Of a DNA stretch of 64,000 bases, positions 38,940 through 52,951 are shown piece after piece. The notes under the pieces are model-generated. The model had not been told where the DNA came from. It searched no databases and saw nothing but the letters and a program-made list of their open reading frames with translations. How positions within the stretch are numbered: the first letter of the stretch is position 1; every line of letters starts with the position of its first letter. This DNA comes from Eledone cirrhosa (lineage: Eukaryota): NCBI GenBank assembly GCA_964016885.1, contig OZ024741.1, forward strand, positions 239,134,001 through 239,198,000. The letters run 5' to 3'. Position numbers and translations under genes: made by a program.

Positions 38940-41309
38940 CTTTAAAGATTTTGGCAGTCTTTGGACTGTTGGAGTGTTCCAATCTTCAGAATAGTATTGA
39001 TTTCTCGACTGACAATATCTGTCTGATACATCTGGATTACCTGACATCACAGATACACTGTTGTTACCTTGATAGATCAATTGTCTCATCTCATTACGAC
39101 ATTGGTATGCCTGTTTCTCTTCTGTTGTTCTAGCTGAGTTATTCCGCACATTACCTCTAACAATACACAGTGTTATAGAAACCACAATAGCTATAGATAC
39201 TATCACAGCTGCTACTACAATGATAATCAACAATGTTGCATCTATTGTGTTATCAGTTGGTACATGGACAGCTGTGAACATTGGTGATGTCTTGTTACTA
39301 ACAGTCAGTGTTAAAGAGACACTAGTTGTTGCTGACAGAACTGGAGTACCACTGTCTTTCACAACAAACTCCAGTTGATATGATCCAGCATCATTTTGGT
39401 AAACTGTGCGAGAGTAAGATAAGACACCTGTGAATGAGTCCAGTTTAAATAATTGTTTCTCATTACCTGAAAGGATTTCATATCTGAGAAAAGCATTCAT
39501 ATGACTGTCTATATCAGAGGCTTTCAGAAGTGTGATGTCATTCTTACTTTGTGGATGATAGTGGACATCAAGAGTGAAAGGGTCAACACTAGGAAATGTA
39601 AAATATGGAGCATTATCATTTTTATCCAATACTTCCACTTCAACATTCACTGTGTTATTTAGAGATGGTGTTCCATTGTCTTTGACAAAAACCTCAAAGT
39701 CATAGAAATCTCTGTGTTCTCTGTCTAAAGACTGGTTTGTTGAAATAAAGCCAGAGTGGATAATCTGGAATGGTAGATGATATTGGTGTTTATTTCTCAG
39801 ATAATAACTTAATTCACCTCCCTTACCAACATCTGGGTCTGTAGCATTGATAAAACCAATAGGGAAATTAGCTTTGTCATTTTCATAGGTAAGGAACTTG
39901 AATGTATCTTTGGTAAAGTGTGGTTTTACATCATTCACATCTAACACTTGTATTGAGAGATCTTTATCAGTTTTGAGAGGAGGTAATCCTTTATCTTGAC
40001 AGGAGACAGTAAAGTGATAATGTTCCTGTGTCTCTCTGTCTACTGCTTTCTTTAGAACTATTTTATATTCCTTAGATCCCATTGACTGTAGTTTGAATGT
40101 ATCATGTTTAATATCACAGCTGACCTCTCCATTGTGTCCAACATCATTGTCAGTGACCATCACATAAGCAATGAAACTACCAACTTTGATATCTTCTGAA
40201 ATGGTAGCTGTGCTGTCATTGAGAGGTGAGACAAAATCTATATTAATAGTTGGGGGGTTGTTATGGTGGTTAATAACATTTACCATAACAGTTGCTATAG
40301 AACTGAGAGGAGGGCTGCCTCCATCCCTTGCTTCAATGTACAATTCAAAATTATTCTTTTCCTCGACATGTGATTGTTTAATCAAATAAATTTCTCCTGT
40401 CAGTTCATTCAAATGAAATTCAGTTTTGATATTATCTGAGTTCATGGGACTAAAGTAGTATGAAACCATACCATTGTTGTTGATGTCGAGGTCATTAGCA
40501 GATAACTTCAACACTGGTATTTCTACAGGGTGTGTACTTTCTATAGATATATTATAAATATTCTGTGAGAACACAGGCTGGTTATCATTTTCATCTTTAA
40601 CTTTAATTTTTACATTTAAGCTGCTCTGCTTTGATGGGGAACCTCCATCTTTTGCAACAACCTCAATATTATATGTATCTTTTACTTCATGATCTAATTT
40701 TGTTTCTAAAATAATCTTTAATGAGGATATACCATCAGCTCTTTTAGTGACAGATAATGAAAATGGTTCACCATCAATTTTTTTTAAATGATAACTGATC
40801 ATATGATTTTGAGAGTGTATGTCTTTGTCAATAGCATTTGGGATAGTTAATTTTGACCCTTTACTATCCCGCTCTGAAAACTGGATACTGACATCAGTGT
40901 TAGGGAATTTAGGTTGATGGTCATTAATATCTTCAATAATTACTTTTACTTTAAGGATCTTTAAAAATGATTTCCCTTTACGAATAGCAACTTTAGAAAC
41001 TCTACTACATTCCTTATTAAATGTACATAAAGATTCAGCATCCAGCTTGCGTGCCGTGTATAATCCTCCATTTTCACTGACATTAAACAATTGTGTCCTT
41101 CTTCGTTGAACCTCACTAAATGTTATCAAATGTGATTCTTTAGCTGAAACTGTATCAAAGAAATGTGAATCAGCAGCAATGTCTCCAATATAAGTCCCAG
41201 AACTTTCTTCTTCTTTAATAGTGTAAATAAGATCAATTAATATACAATGTTGAACTGTGAGCAGCAAGAGAAATATTATTACAATCAAAGTCATATTTTT
41301 GCTTGTCAT
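38940..41309 (-). CDS. PCDH: Protocadherin large exon: signal peptide, EC1-EC6, TM helix, proximal tail (790 codons)
   Basis: Cadherin motifs DINDHQP, DENDNQP, DVNDVKP, DKNDNAP, DGGSP, LDRE; TM LLIIIVVAAVIVSIAIVVSITLCIV; acceptor ttttactttcatttcag| (exon starts 41352), ATG at 41309, donor AAG|GTAAGT at 38939 (phase 0). Confidence 0.97.
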
Positions 41310-41790
41310 TGTGAAAGGCAGAGGGGTTGGCTGTGAACTTAACCCAATATTTCTGAAATGAAAGTAAAACAAGACATTTATTTCACAATGTTTCACAATA
41401 TATTTTAGAGGTGACTTGTTTTTAAACTAAGAATTGTTTTTTGTGACACACAAAAAAAAGTAAGAGACAAATAAATAAGAAGAATTTTCAGGTTTTGAAT
41501 TTATATTCCACTTTGGTAATATATTGCATTTTTGAGACAAGAGAATTGGTAACAATACTAAGCTGTATAGTGAAGACATCAATCATTGCTAGAGAATGAT
41601 GTTTTTACAATGATTTAGTGCCAACTTGCTAACTAAACAAGACAAGCATGAGAAGCTAAATCTCAACAAATTGGATTAAAACTCCCACTCTGTAATCTCC
41701 CTCTCTCTCTCTTTCTCTTGCTCTTTATATATCTATCTATGTATACATGTGTGTATGTGTGTGTGTATTCCTTCTTTCTCTCCCCATAAA

Positions 41791-41875
<85 letters not shown>

Positions 41876-42994
41876 AGAGACTCTTAATAAAAAGAAATTC
41901 TTCATAAATCAATGAAATAGGTATATAACACAATAAAATATAATTTCTAACAAACGAATGTATCACCAATGTAATAGATCATCTATTGGAATAATTAAGA
42001 TCTCACAAATACTTTAATTAAATACAAATTACAATAAAGAAACCAAGGGTTAATCCAAAGTCCTAAAAGTTAATGTAGAAATATCATCATCATTATCATC
42101 ATCACCATATAACTTTTATTTCCCATGCTTGCATGCATTAGACAGATTGACATGTATTGAGACTAGACAGGTTGGGTGACCACGTCTTGCTCATATGCTC
42201 TGTGTTGGGCTTGGCTTTCTATGGCTGGATTCCCTTCTTAATGCCAAATACATCACAGTATGTACTAGGAGCTTTTTTCATGGCACCGGCATTGCAACTT
42301 TACAGGGGTGACTTTGTTGTGGTACAAGTATGACCACCTTACAGCATGAATTGGGGAATTTTTGTCATGGTACATGTACTACCAAGTTGGGAAAAAAGAA
42401 TGAAACTAAAACATTAAAATTCCATCATTTGCATGATATTGTTAAATTTGAATGGACAAAATCAATAAGGATTATGCCAATAAGGGGCCCCACCATGTAG
42501 TTGCTCAACTAGCCAAAGATAGCAGTGAAAACTGCCATAAATGTCACCCTACCATCTTGAAAAAGAAGGCCTACATTACATAATTGCTTCTACTTTTGGC
42601 ACAAGGCCAGCAATTATCTCAGTGCATTACTGGTACTTTATTTTATCACCCCCATAAGGATGAAGTTAACCTTGACAGTATTTGAACTTTTTAGTATGAG
42701 ATGTCTGAATGATAGGATGGTCATGGTTAAAACACATTTGATCATAGGTCTGCTAAATCTTTGCTGACCTGCAACAAAATGAACCTGGCTAAATGCTTCT
42801 CAGCATATAGTTTTCAATATTATGTTCTGAGTTCAATTCCAGATGATGTGAACTTCGATATTTCTCAATCTGAGGAAAATAATATGAACACCAGTAATAA
42901 ATTGAGGTCAATTAAATTAACTATACCACATCTTCCAGAAAATATTTGGATTTGCTTAAAGACAAGAATAAGAAAAGAATTGTGAATAGCTGTA

Positions 42995-43170
42995 GGCTTG
43001 GCTGTGTGGTTAAGAAGTTTGCTTTGCAATCATGATGTTTCTGGTTCAAACTCACTGCATGACATCTTGAGTAAGTGTCTTCTACTATAACATTGACTTG
43101 ACCAATACCTTTAAGAGAAATCTGGTACGTGGAAAATGTGCAGAAGACTGTCATATGTATGTGTATATAA
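42995..43170 (+). mobile_element. tRNA-derived SINE, second family
   Basis: ggctgtgtggttaagaag head, ggttcaaact B-box, gtgtcttctactata body. Confidence 0.7.
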
Positions 43171-44043
43171 ATATATTGTGCATGAGTGACTGAGCATAAG
43201 TGAGCTGAGAGAAAAACTTGGTATAAGAGAAATGGGATGTAGCATACATGAGTGAAACTGTGCCAGTATAGACATGCAATTCTTATGGAAGATGACAGAT
43301 GTATTAAGAAATGCAGAAAAATGTCAGTGAATGGGACTTGTGGAAGAGGTAGATTTAGGAAGACATAGGATAAAGTAATGAAGACAGCAACTTTTGTTAA
43401 CCTTGTGATACCATGTTGGGATCAGACACTAGACTCAAGAGCCCTAAAAGAGTTGGTTGTTTTCTGAAACCTTGGAGATATTTCATCATCTAAGAAGCAC
43501 AAACATCTGAAAGTGCTACCCAGGTAGACAAATTTTCTACTATTTTCAATTTTGTTCCTTCAACTAAGATAGATGGTTTTACATATACATTTCCTGGAGC
43601 AGTTTAGAACATTATAATAGTCATATCTAGATAAATGCTGAGACCAAAGGCCTTACATGATGCAGAAATACAATCCATGTAAAATGCATGTCTTCAGCAT
43701 TATGTACAACTAAGTCACAATTATGTGCATCAAGGAGATCATGAACAAGTGATCAAAATACTTGTCACAAATTGGCTGCAAAATGTCACAAATTGAAGAA
43801 ATGGTCGGATGATCAATACCTTATATATATATTTCAAAAGAGCAATCAGTGGCAAAAACATGAGAGAGAGAGTCACAGGATATCACCGTTTGACACCATT
43901 CTCTACAGGAATGGGTCCTATTATGTTCTGACTGACATTGACCCATGCCTCCATTTTATACATGTATAATACACACATGCACACACATATATACATGCAC
44001 ACATATATGCATACATACATATTTATGTCTTTCTTATTCATAC

Positions 44044-44160
44044 CAGTGATTGGTGTGGGTTGGTGGCTGGTTTATGGAAAATAAAGATAGTGTGTGAGGT
44101 GAAGCTTAGGTGTTTGGTTTATGTCTGGGTTGGGTTTGAAGCTGGCTTTGATTTACTGAG
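44044..44160 (-). other. Candidate non-coding first exon of the protocadherin
   Basis: The large exon starts with an acceptor, so an upstream exon is expected; donor CTG|GTATGA at 44043; Inr-like TCAGT at 44159-44155. Confidence 0.45.
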
Positions 44161-44216
44161 TGTGTTTTGTTTATGGGTAAGAGCAATTGACAGTCTATCT
44201 TGCAAACATACATACA

Positions 44217-44248
<32 letters not shown>

Positions 44249-44800
44249 CACATACATACATACACACATACATACATATACACATACATACAAGCACTTC
44301 TGAGACCACCAACAACAAAAATATTTTTTTTAAAAACATAAAAGAGAATCATTTATTTAGTAAGAGACAAACTGCTATGGCCCAGAGACTCTCAGAGATT
44401 TTATTTATGTCTACTATAAGAGAGAAGAGATAGACAAACAGGCAGAGAGAGAGGGGGTAACAGGAGAGAAAGAGGATAGAGATAGAGAAAAAGACAAAGA
44501 GAGAGGGGATGAGAGAAAGAGAGAGGGAAAGAGAGGGAAATAAGAAAGAGAGAGAGAATGAAAATTTGAGTTCAGATTACAAAAATTCTCCCTACAGACA
44601 ATACCACTATGGAACTTGCCATTTGTTTATTTATTTCAGAGAGAGAGAATGAGAGAATAGAAGAGACTGAGAGAGAGAGAAAGGGGAGAGAGTGAGAGAA
44701 AAGAGATTTAGAGAGAGAGAGAGAGGGGGGGGGAAAGAAAGAGAATGCGGAGAGAGGAGTGGAAGAGAAAGAAAGAGAATGAGAAAGAGAAATGTAGGTA
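44160..44800 (-). promoter_or_regulatory. Candidate promoter with (CATA)n and long GA/TC-rich tracts
   Basis: Position relative to the candidate exon and composition only. Confidence 0.3.
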
Positions 44801-45567
44801 GGTTCATTTGCAAATCAAGTTGGCGTGCATCTCTCTATATGTATTACACACGCACCCACATATAGACACACACGCACACACATGCGCACACACATGCACA
44901 CACATACATACAAACAAACACACACGAACACACACATATATACATGTTCAAAGAAACAGCCAGGCAAATATACATCAATATACACAGACAAGTATATCAG
45001 ACACATCTTGATGCACAGACACATATGCAATGTGCAGACATAGATGCATATCTTCACACATGCCCAGATGCACACATTCACACACATACATAGAGCTCTA
45101 CCTTCACACATACACAGATCTACTCATTCACACATACAGAGATCTACACATTCAAACATATACAGATTTACAGATTCAGACAGACACACATACACAGATC
45201 TATACATTCATGTAGATACACATACACTGATCTGTACATCCAGACAAACACACATACACAGATCTACACATTCACACAGGCATACATTCACAGATCTGTA
45301 CATCTGGACATATATAGATAATGATAGAATCAAATAAAAGGCCAAGAAATATTTAAGATTTCTATTCTTTTCCTTCAATTTTGCCCCACCCCTTCTTCAC
45401 AACTATCTGAAATGTCTGGATGGGTGCAGGAGTGTGTGTATATATATGTGTGTGTGTGTGTGTGTGATTATATACATATATATATATAGGGAGAAAAAAA
45501 CGATTATTAGGAAGAAACATTTTTTTTTTCCTTATTTTTTTCTCTTTTTTATTTATTTATTTATATA

Positions 45568-45598
<31 letters not shown>

Positions 45599-45605
45599 TG
45601 TGGAG

Positions 45606-45788
45606 TTAGAAATGTAGAACATCTCAAACACAGGAAACTAGCTGTGGACACAGCTAAGAAAATTGGTTAAAATACTCCTACAGACAGAAAAAGTGGCCAC
45701 TTTTTCAGTTTATAGGGGTATTTTAGCCAAATTTTCTTAGCTGTGTCCACAGCTAGTTTCCTTCATTCCAGATTTACTACATTTCTAA
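45606..45788. repeat. ~180-bp near-perfect loopless palindrome
   Basis: Centre gaaaaagtgg|ccactttttc at 45696/45697; arms include ggaaactagctgtggacacagctaagaaaatt and aattttcttagctgtgtccacagctagtttcc. Confidence 0.92.
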
Positions 45789-46759
45789 AACATTTCTAAA
45801 ACATTTCAGCTCACTAAACGCTCCAATGTTTATTTACAAAAATCTATATAAATATTATCTTTTATCTTTTATCTACTTGTTCCAGCTGACAAGCTGAGGC
45901 CATGCTGGGGTGCTGCCATTATTATAACATTTTCTATAGCCATCTTTCCTAGGTTGGCCATTGATGTATGAAGGAGTTTGACACTGCCACCCTCTCATTC
46001 TCACCACCCTATTGGCTGTTTCATACAATCCACTTAAAACCATATGAATATACTCACAACACACATCACACTGTTACATGACCCACACCAAAATCGTATA
46101 TATATCCACACACACACAACTAAAGGCGGAATGCAAATGCAGCTATTCCACGTCTGAAAACAAACAACATATTTATAAATACACCACATATGCACAAAAC
46201 ACATGCCTACAACATAATCACACCACATCCCCAATGCACACACATATATCTCCCTTTTTTTTTTAAAAACAACAACCCACTCTACAACTCCTATCTAGCC
46301 CCAGCACTAAAAAGTTGAATTACATAACCACCCATGGAATTTCAACACTCACCACCTTACCAACTGACACTCACACAACATACACAACACACACTTACAC
46401 ACATAACCCACTACAACAAGACACAACTAAACACAGAACACAAATGCAGTCACACCACTACTCAGGACAAATACTACACACACACACACACCACATACGC
46501 ACAGAAGAATACACTCACACACAACACAAGCACAGCACCTCCACAACACACACATACCTTAAACAACTTCCACCCAGCCTCCACACAGAGAACCTAACTT
46601 CCACTATGATCCAAGGATTTACATCTAGTTTATCCAGTCATATCTCCCTCAACCCTTTCTATCTGACAATCACACAGCACAACCTTACAACACACCCACA
46701 GACAACACAGAACTAAACCTAAAATGCCAACACAACCACTCCACTAATCAAGACAAACA

Positions 46760-46794
<35 letters not shown>

Positions 46795-46944
46795 CTTACA
46801 GACAAATTCTTTGCGACTGCGAGTTACTCAAATGAAGATAAATACCAAGCAAGACACTATAAAAGTTACTCCATAACTTCAAAAGACTATCTTCCTCATA
46901 CCCACTACTTCACCCATTTATTCACTTAGGCCCACTTCCCTTTC

Positions 46945-48900
46945 CTTATTTCTTCATCCACTTATTCCTGGGAGAATCATGATCAGGTCCTGTCAGAAGC
47001 GACCATCTCCAACTGATCTGGCTGGATCCCCAAGATAAGCCAAACTCATTGATATTATCCAACCATCTTGCTTGAGGTCTACCCCTGGGTCTCCTGCCAG
47101 TTGGTTTTCTCCTTAAAATCTGTCCAGCAATTCTTTCCTGAGACATTCTAACCAGATGTTCATAATATCAAAGCTATGATCTTACAATTCAGAGAAGTAG
47201 CAATTCTTCCTAGAGCTCTCCAAGCTATGCAATCAATCAAGTAACATTACTCCATAGACCTTTTGGAGGAACCCCATTTCAGCCACTTATATTCGTGATC
47301 ATATTCTTTCAGTCATTACCCAAGATTTGTGACCATTTTCAAGATAGCACGTTTGGCTATCTTCAATGACTGAATGCCGAAGCTGGTGCAGTAATGCACC
47401 AGCTCCTGCAATTTTTGCACTTAATTTAGCCTCATACTTTCTATGACTCATGAACACAGTCCCAAAATACTTGAACTTCTCCACCTGCTTCAGTGAAGTT
47501 CCACATATAGAATGTACTGTGCAGGTTTCCTTGAGACGATGAGTGTCTTCACAGCACTGATTTTCATTTCTGCTGTGCAGCACTCAACAGCAAACCTGTC
47601 AAGTTCATGTCAGAGAACACCTTCTAATGATTTAAGTAATAGCATGTCACCTGCAAATCCCAGCCGATGGATTCTATACCCACTGGTCATGATACTACTT
47701 CCAACCCAGCTGTGCATGTCAATCCTGTCCATGAAGCAATTATGAACACGAGAGGTGACACTATACACCCTTGCAGAGTCTGATACCCACATTGAATGGT
47801 TTTGACTTAGCACTATTTATTTGAACACAAATAATAGGGCGTTCATGTAGAGACATTGGGGCAACAAGAAGCTGTCCTTTGATCCCATACTCCTGCAGAA
47901 CACAGTCATATGCCTTTTCAAGGTTTACAAAACAAGAATACACCTCTTGGTAATATTCCCATGATTTCTCAAAGACCTGCTGCAATTTGAATATTTAGTC
48001 AGCTGTGCAAAAACCACACTGTTCGTCAGCCTGCTTGGACATGACAATATCCCTACATCTCATTGTCAGACACTTAGCATAGACTTTACCGGGGAGGTTT
48101 AATAAGGAGATCTCTCTACAATTAGAGCAATCGCTCTTGTCTCCTTTTTTGAAAATTGGAATTATTACTTCCAATTGCCATTGCTTAGGTGCCTTTCCAG
48201 AGATGCAAGCCACCTGGCACACAAGAGTCAGCCAGAGAATATCTTTTGTATTTAAGACTTTTAACATCTCAGGATGAATATCATCCTCCCCAGTGGCCTT
48301 GCTGCATTTGAACTCTTTAATTGCTCTTTTGACCTCAAGATCCAAGAGGCTTGTCATCATTCCCAGATGCACCTCACTTACATCAGAAGATGTTGTTGTA
48401 ACCTGGTTTAGGTGATCAGCAACATATTCTTTCCATCGCGCAAGGATGCACCTCTCTGAAGAGAGGAGAACTCCAGGCACATTCCTGATAGCAGGCATGG
48501 AGGTGAACTTTTTATTATGAAAACAGCAGATAGTGTGCCAGAACTTTTTATTTGCTGATCTGAAATCAGATTCTAGCTTAACCTCAAAGTCCCCATATCT
48601 TAACCTTAGATGCCTTTACTGTCTCTGCTGTGATTTTTTGCTCCTGCTTGTACCACAAGTACAAGAAGGGAGACTTATTTCCAATCAAGCTTAGTAAGCC
48701 TCCTTCTTTTCTCAGATAGCATCTTTGACAACTTAATTGAAACAAGGGGTACACTTGATGCCTATCGCCACACCGAGTCGCTTTCGCCACATAGCATTTA
48801 CCAGTTGAAGCAGAAACTACCAAGTTGACAGTCACCCCTTTGTTTCAACATCTTCAGTTTGATCAGGGAGTTCTCTGAATTTAGATGCAATAGTATCTGT
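46945..48900 (-). mobile_element. Decayed RTE-clade LINE (second family), RT to C-terminus
   Basis: KATGEDDI.PEMLK, IPIFKKGD, EQCGF, FVNLEKAYD, FKYFG, GRRPRGRP in fragmented ORFs. Confidence 0.85.
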
Positions 48901-48999
48901 CAAACAAATTAGGACCATGGCCCCAAAGAGCCAGTGTTTGGAAAGAACTGAAAGAAAATATAATTGGGCAGTAATTCATAATATATATGCATATATTCA

Positions 49000-49515
49000 A
49001 TCAAAATTGATGGAAGCTACGGAGTGGGTAGACCAAGAAAAACCTGGGACAAGGTGATAAAAACTGACCTTGCTCAATTACACTTCTCTAAGACAATGTC
49101 ACTGGATCAAGATCTTTGGCACCATGCAGTTATACAGAAGACCGGCCTTCCCTTGCATACAAATTTAAACCTACAGTCAGTAGGTACCTCTTAACCCAAT
49201 ATACACCCCACCCCACACACCCTACTCCATCCTCCCATTTCCATCCACTGTAAAGTGGTCGTGTAGGTGACACAACAAAAAGCACCCAGTCCACACTGTA
49301 AAGTGGTCGTGTAGGAGACATGGTAAAAAGGCTCCCAGTCCACACTGTAAATGTGGTTGGTGTTAGGAAGGGCATCCAGCCGTAGAAAACCTGCCAGAGA
49401 CAGTTCTGTATGAGCGAGATATGGTCTTCTAAACAATCTCGCCTGGAGTGGGACAAAATCGTCCAACCCATGCTAGTGTGCAAGATAGACGTTAAACAAT
49501 GATGATGATGGTGAT
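49000..49515 (+). mobile_element. RTE 3' end (family of 20170-20857)
   Basis: GVGRPRKTW coding end, repeated 3' UTR unit, (GAT)n tail. Confidence 0.85.
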
Positions 49516-49709
49516 ATGCATTCATCATCATCATTTCATTTTACGTCCGCTTTTCCCCTGCCTGCAAGGGTGGGACGGGAACTGATTCTGGCTTGATTTC
49601 TACAGCTGGATGCCCTCCTAACACCAACCTCATTTACAGTGAGTGCTGGGTGCTTTTTTGCCGTGGCACCTCCACGACCACTTTACAGTGGAATGATAGG
49701 GACCCCAGT

Positions 49710-49850
49710 CCCTATCATCTCATTTCTACAGCTGAGTAAACTGGAGCAATGTGAAATAAAGTGTCTTGCTCAAGGAAACAACACATCACCCGGTCTGAGA
49801 ATTGAACTCACAACCTTTCAATTGCAAGGCCACTAAGCCATGTGCCTCCA
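49710..49850 (-). mobile_element. tRNA-headed SINE with CORE/Meta-like domain
   Basis: Minus strand gagttcaattc...ccttgagcaagacactttatttcacattgctccag. Confidence 0.55.
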
Positions 49851-50042
49851 TATATATATATGTGTCTGTATAACATAATATTTATGTAAGTACAGCACAA
49901 TTTAACACCCAAGGGTATGTATTAAAATTTGTATTTAAATCTACATATCATTTGCTCTATATATATGTACAAAATACTAATTTGTTTCTCAATTGATATA
50001 TCCAGGTATATATTGTTTACACTTATATATATATATATATAT

Positions 50043-50335
50043 GATTTACAGAAATCCAAGAAGCTAGATTTACCATCTTTCTAGCGGGTCCGGGTATGCT
50101 TTTTACATTCATTTGATTTATTGATTTATTGATTTTTTTATCTGAGTGTCCCGAATCTTCCAGATCGCAATTTTTCGGTTGTATGGTTGATTATAGACTT
50201 GTTCTATGTGTGACGGTATTTTAACGATAGTTATAGTTCTGATTTATCTAAATTATTGAGCCCTCTGCCGCTCATATTGAATTTTGTTTATCGTGAACTC
50301 GTGCGCCGATTTTTCGATACTCGATTATTCTACTA
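50043..50335. mobile_element. Partial inverted copy of the 613-bp element in (TA)n
   Basis: Reverse complement of 30241-30532 with scattered substitutions; same terminus. Confidence 0.85.
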
Positions 50336-51706
50336 TATATATATATATATATATAATGTATATATATATATATATATATATATATCAATATCAAGCATTT
50401 CAATATCACAAATTCTAATATGGTAATACATAGTTTCTGGGACTTAAACTAGAAGTAAATCCTTAGACAATGAGAGGAAGCAGGCTGTAAAATTGTAACT
50501 ACTTTTTGTGTAGAGAGACAATAACCAACACACAATCTTCCCATACTACACTATCTATACACAACAGCTCCTCTATATTAATAAAGACATCCAACACTTG
50601 AATGCTCAGGATCTTTACCTAAAACAACACAATTTACATGTAAAAACAATACAATGAATAACATTTGGGCTCATATTTAGTGACTGATGGAATGATCACC
50701 ACTAGAGAGGTCGATAGAGCCCTGCTAAATGGTGAAGAAGTTTGTTGCACAATCATCAGGTTCCGGGTTCAATCCCACTGTGTGATATCCTGGGTCTTGT
50801 GCAAGTCTCAGCCTTGGGCCATGTGATGTGTGGGTGGAACTGAGTTGATGGACTGTATCTGTAATTTAACTGACCAGTTGTTGTCACACTCTGTGACATA
50901 CTGAACCTCTCCAAGAATTTCGTTAAGAGTATTTGTGGAATGCTCAGCCACTTACATGTTAATTTCACAACCATATTGTACCATTGATCAAACAACTGGA
51001 ACACTCATCACCAAAACTGTTGAAGGTCCATTCTATTTCCACTCCACCACTAGAAATGGGGAGGGGTTGAGGGGGGTGGGGTATAAAAGAGAAGGAGAGG
51101 GGCAGGGGAAAGGGAGGAGAAAGGAAGTGAACACTCAGTAATAGGGCTACTCTAACGTCAAATTTTAAACAGAACAGAACACATGTAAATGGATCAGAGC
51201 CATCATTGGAACTAAAACATGTTTTCTCTTTCTGCTGCTTACTACAACTAATGAATCCTTTGTCAGTTCCAATGATGAGCATTCAGTTATTCAATTAAAG
51301 CCCATCAAAATATGTAAGTGTTTGTGTATTACGAAGACACATGTAATGTAATTCCCAAGCCAAATCAGTATAACCTAGTTACACATACTGGGGTAGGGTC
51401 AACTCAACGTTTGGGTAAAGACACTTACTCAGCATAACAGATGTTCAGATTAAACACATGACCTCATGATTTCAAAGCAAACTTTGTAATCACTGATGCA
51501 TGCCTACATCTACCCTATAACTACAAATGGTTAGCATACATATATGTTGGGAATGAAGCTAAGGAAGCACTTGTTGTATTCTAATAGTAGACAGTAGCCA
51601 GAGTGGAGATACACTGCACTGGGCTAACTGACACAGAAAGTGGAATGAGAAATTCTTTAAATGGGGAGATTTTGACACATTATTTGTTTCCTGCCGGTTC
51701 ACACAT

Positions 51707-52305
51707 AAGTGGATTGGCAGTATCGCTAGAGTGTCAGACACCATGCTTTGCAGCATAGAGTTATGGCCTTTTACGTCTGAGTTCCAACCCTGCCAAGGTC
51801 AACTTTGCCTTTCATTTTTATGGGGTCGATAAAATGAAGTACCAGTAATGCACTTGGGTAATTGCTGGCCTTGTGCCAAAAATAGACACAATTATTTGTA
51901 TATTTGAGAGTGGTGGATTAACAGAAGTGTTAGAGCATTGAACAAAATGCTTTGAGGCATTTCTTCCAGTCTTTTATGTTCTGAATTCAAATACTGCCAA
52001 GGTCAACATTGCTTTCATCTTTCCAGGGTCAATAAAAGAACCAGTCATGTACTGGGCTGATGTAATCAATTTCCCCTCCCCACAAATAGTTTGCCTTGTG
52101 CCTAAATTAGAAACTATTATTTTGGCAGTATCGGTAGAGGGTCGGACGCCATGCTTTGACGCATAGAGTTACGGTCCTTGCCATTCTGAGTTCAAATCCC
52201 GCCCAGGTTAACTTTGCCTTTCATCCTTATGGGGTCGATAAAATAAAGTACCAGTAATGCACTGGGTAATTGCTGGCCTTGTGCCAAAAGTAGAAACAAT
52301 TATTT
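51707..52305 (+). mobile_element. Cluster of three SINEs
   Basis: Three successive head/core/tail units. Confidence 0.85.
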
Positions 52306-52477
52306 GCCTATTTACAGTTAGAAACACATTCTTTAAAATGCACCACAAAACTGTTAACTTTTGTTGTGATGATGTGATGATGATGATGATGATGAAAAAC
52401 AATACTGAGATTGTTATAAAATCTATTAAAATAAGACAAGCTTCAGAAATGTGACCAGCAAGTGTCTCCTTTTAAAA

Positions 52478-52508
<31 letters not shown>

Positions 52509-52906
52509 ATATTGAAAATAATAATTTTAAAAAAAAGTAGTTTTAACTGATGTAGATGAAATATAGCAGAATAGGTATATTAAAAATGTATCGAAGAGAA
52601 AAACAGAAATATTATTTCCATAAATTAAAATATGACAAAGATGAACTGGGAGTAGATTAAGTGAAAAAAAAAATAGCCAATCTATTGCAGTAGTTGACAT
52701 TTATATATGTAAGTTACAACCTCAGAAATAGTGGTTTTATTAAAATTTCCATTACTGAACTAAACTGAAAGAATATTTCTATATTAATATAAATAATAAA
52801 TTCCATAATGAAATTTCACAATATTTTTCCAATGACATACACTGTAGCTTTTTATTTAAATATCATACACACACATAGAAACACACATTCTCTCTCTCTC
52901 TCTCTC

Positions 52907-52951
<45 letters not shown>

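Noticed and set aside
41310-41396. N-terminal 29 aa of the 828-aa ORF
   Set aside because: Starts at a non-ATG codon and crosses a clear splice acceptor at 41353; the ATG at 41309 directly precedes the signal peptide.
44106-46716. His/Thr/Cys/Val-rich ORFs
   Set aside because: Translations of (CA)n, (CATA)n and (TA)n microsatellites and CA-rich low-complexity DNA; likewise at 21.2, 26.6, 29.7 and 33.9 kb.
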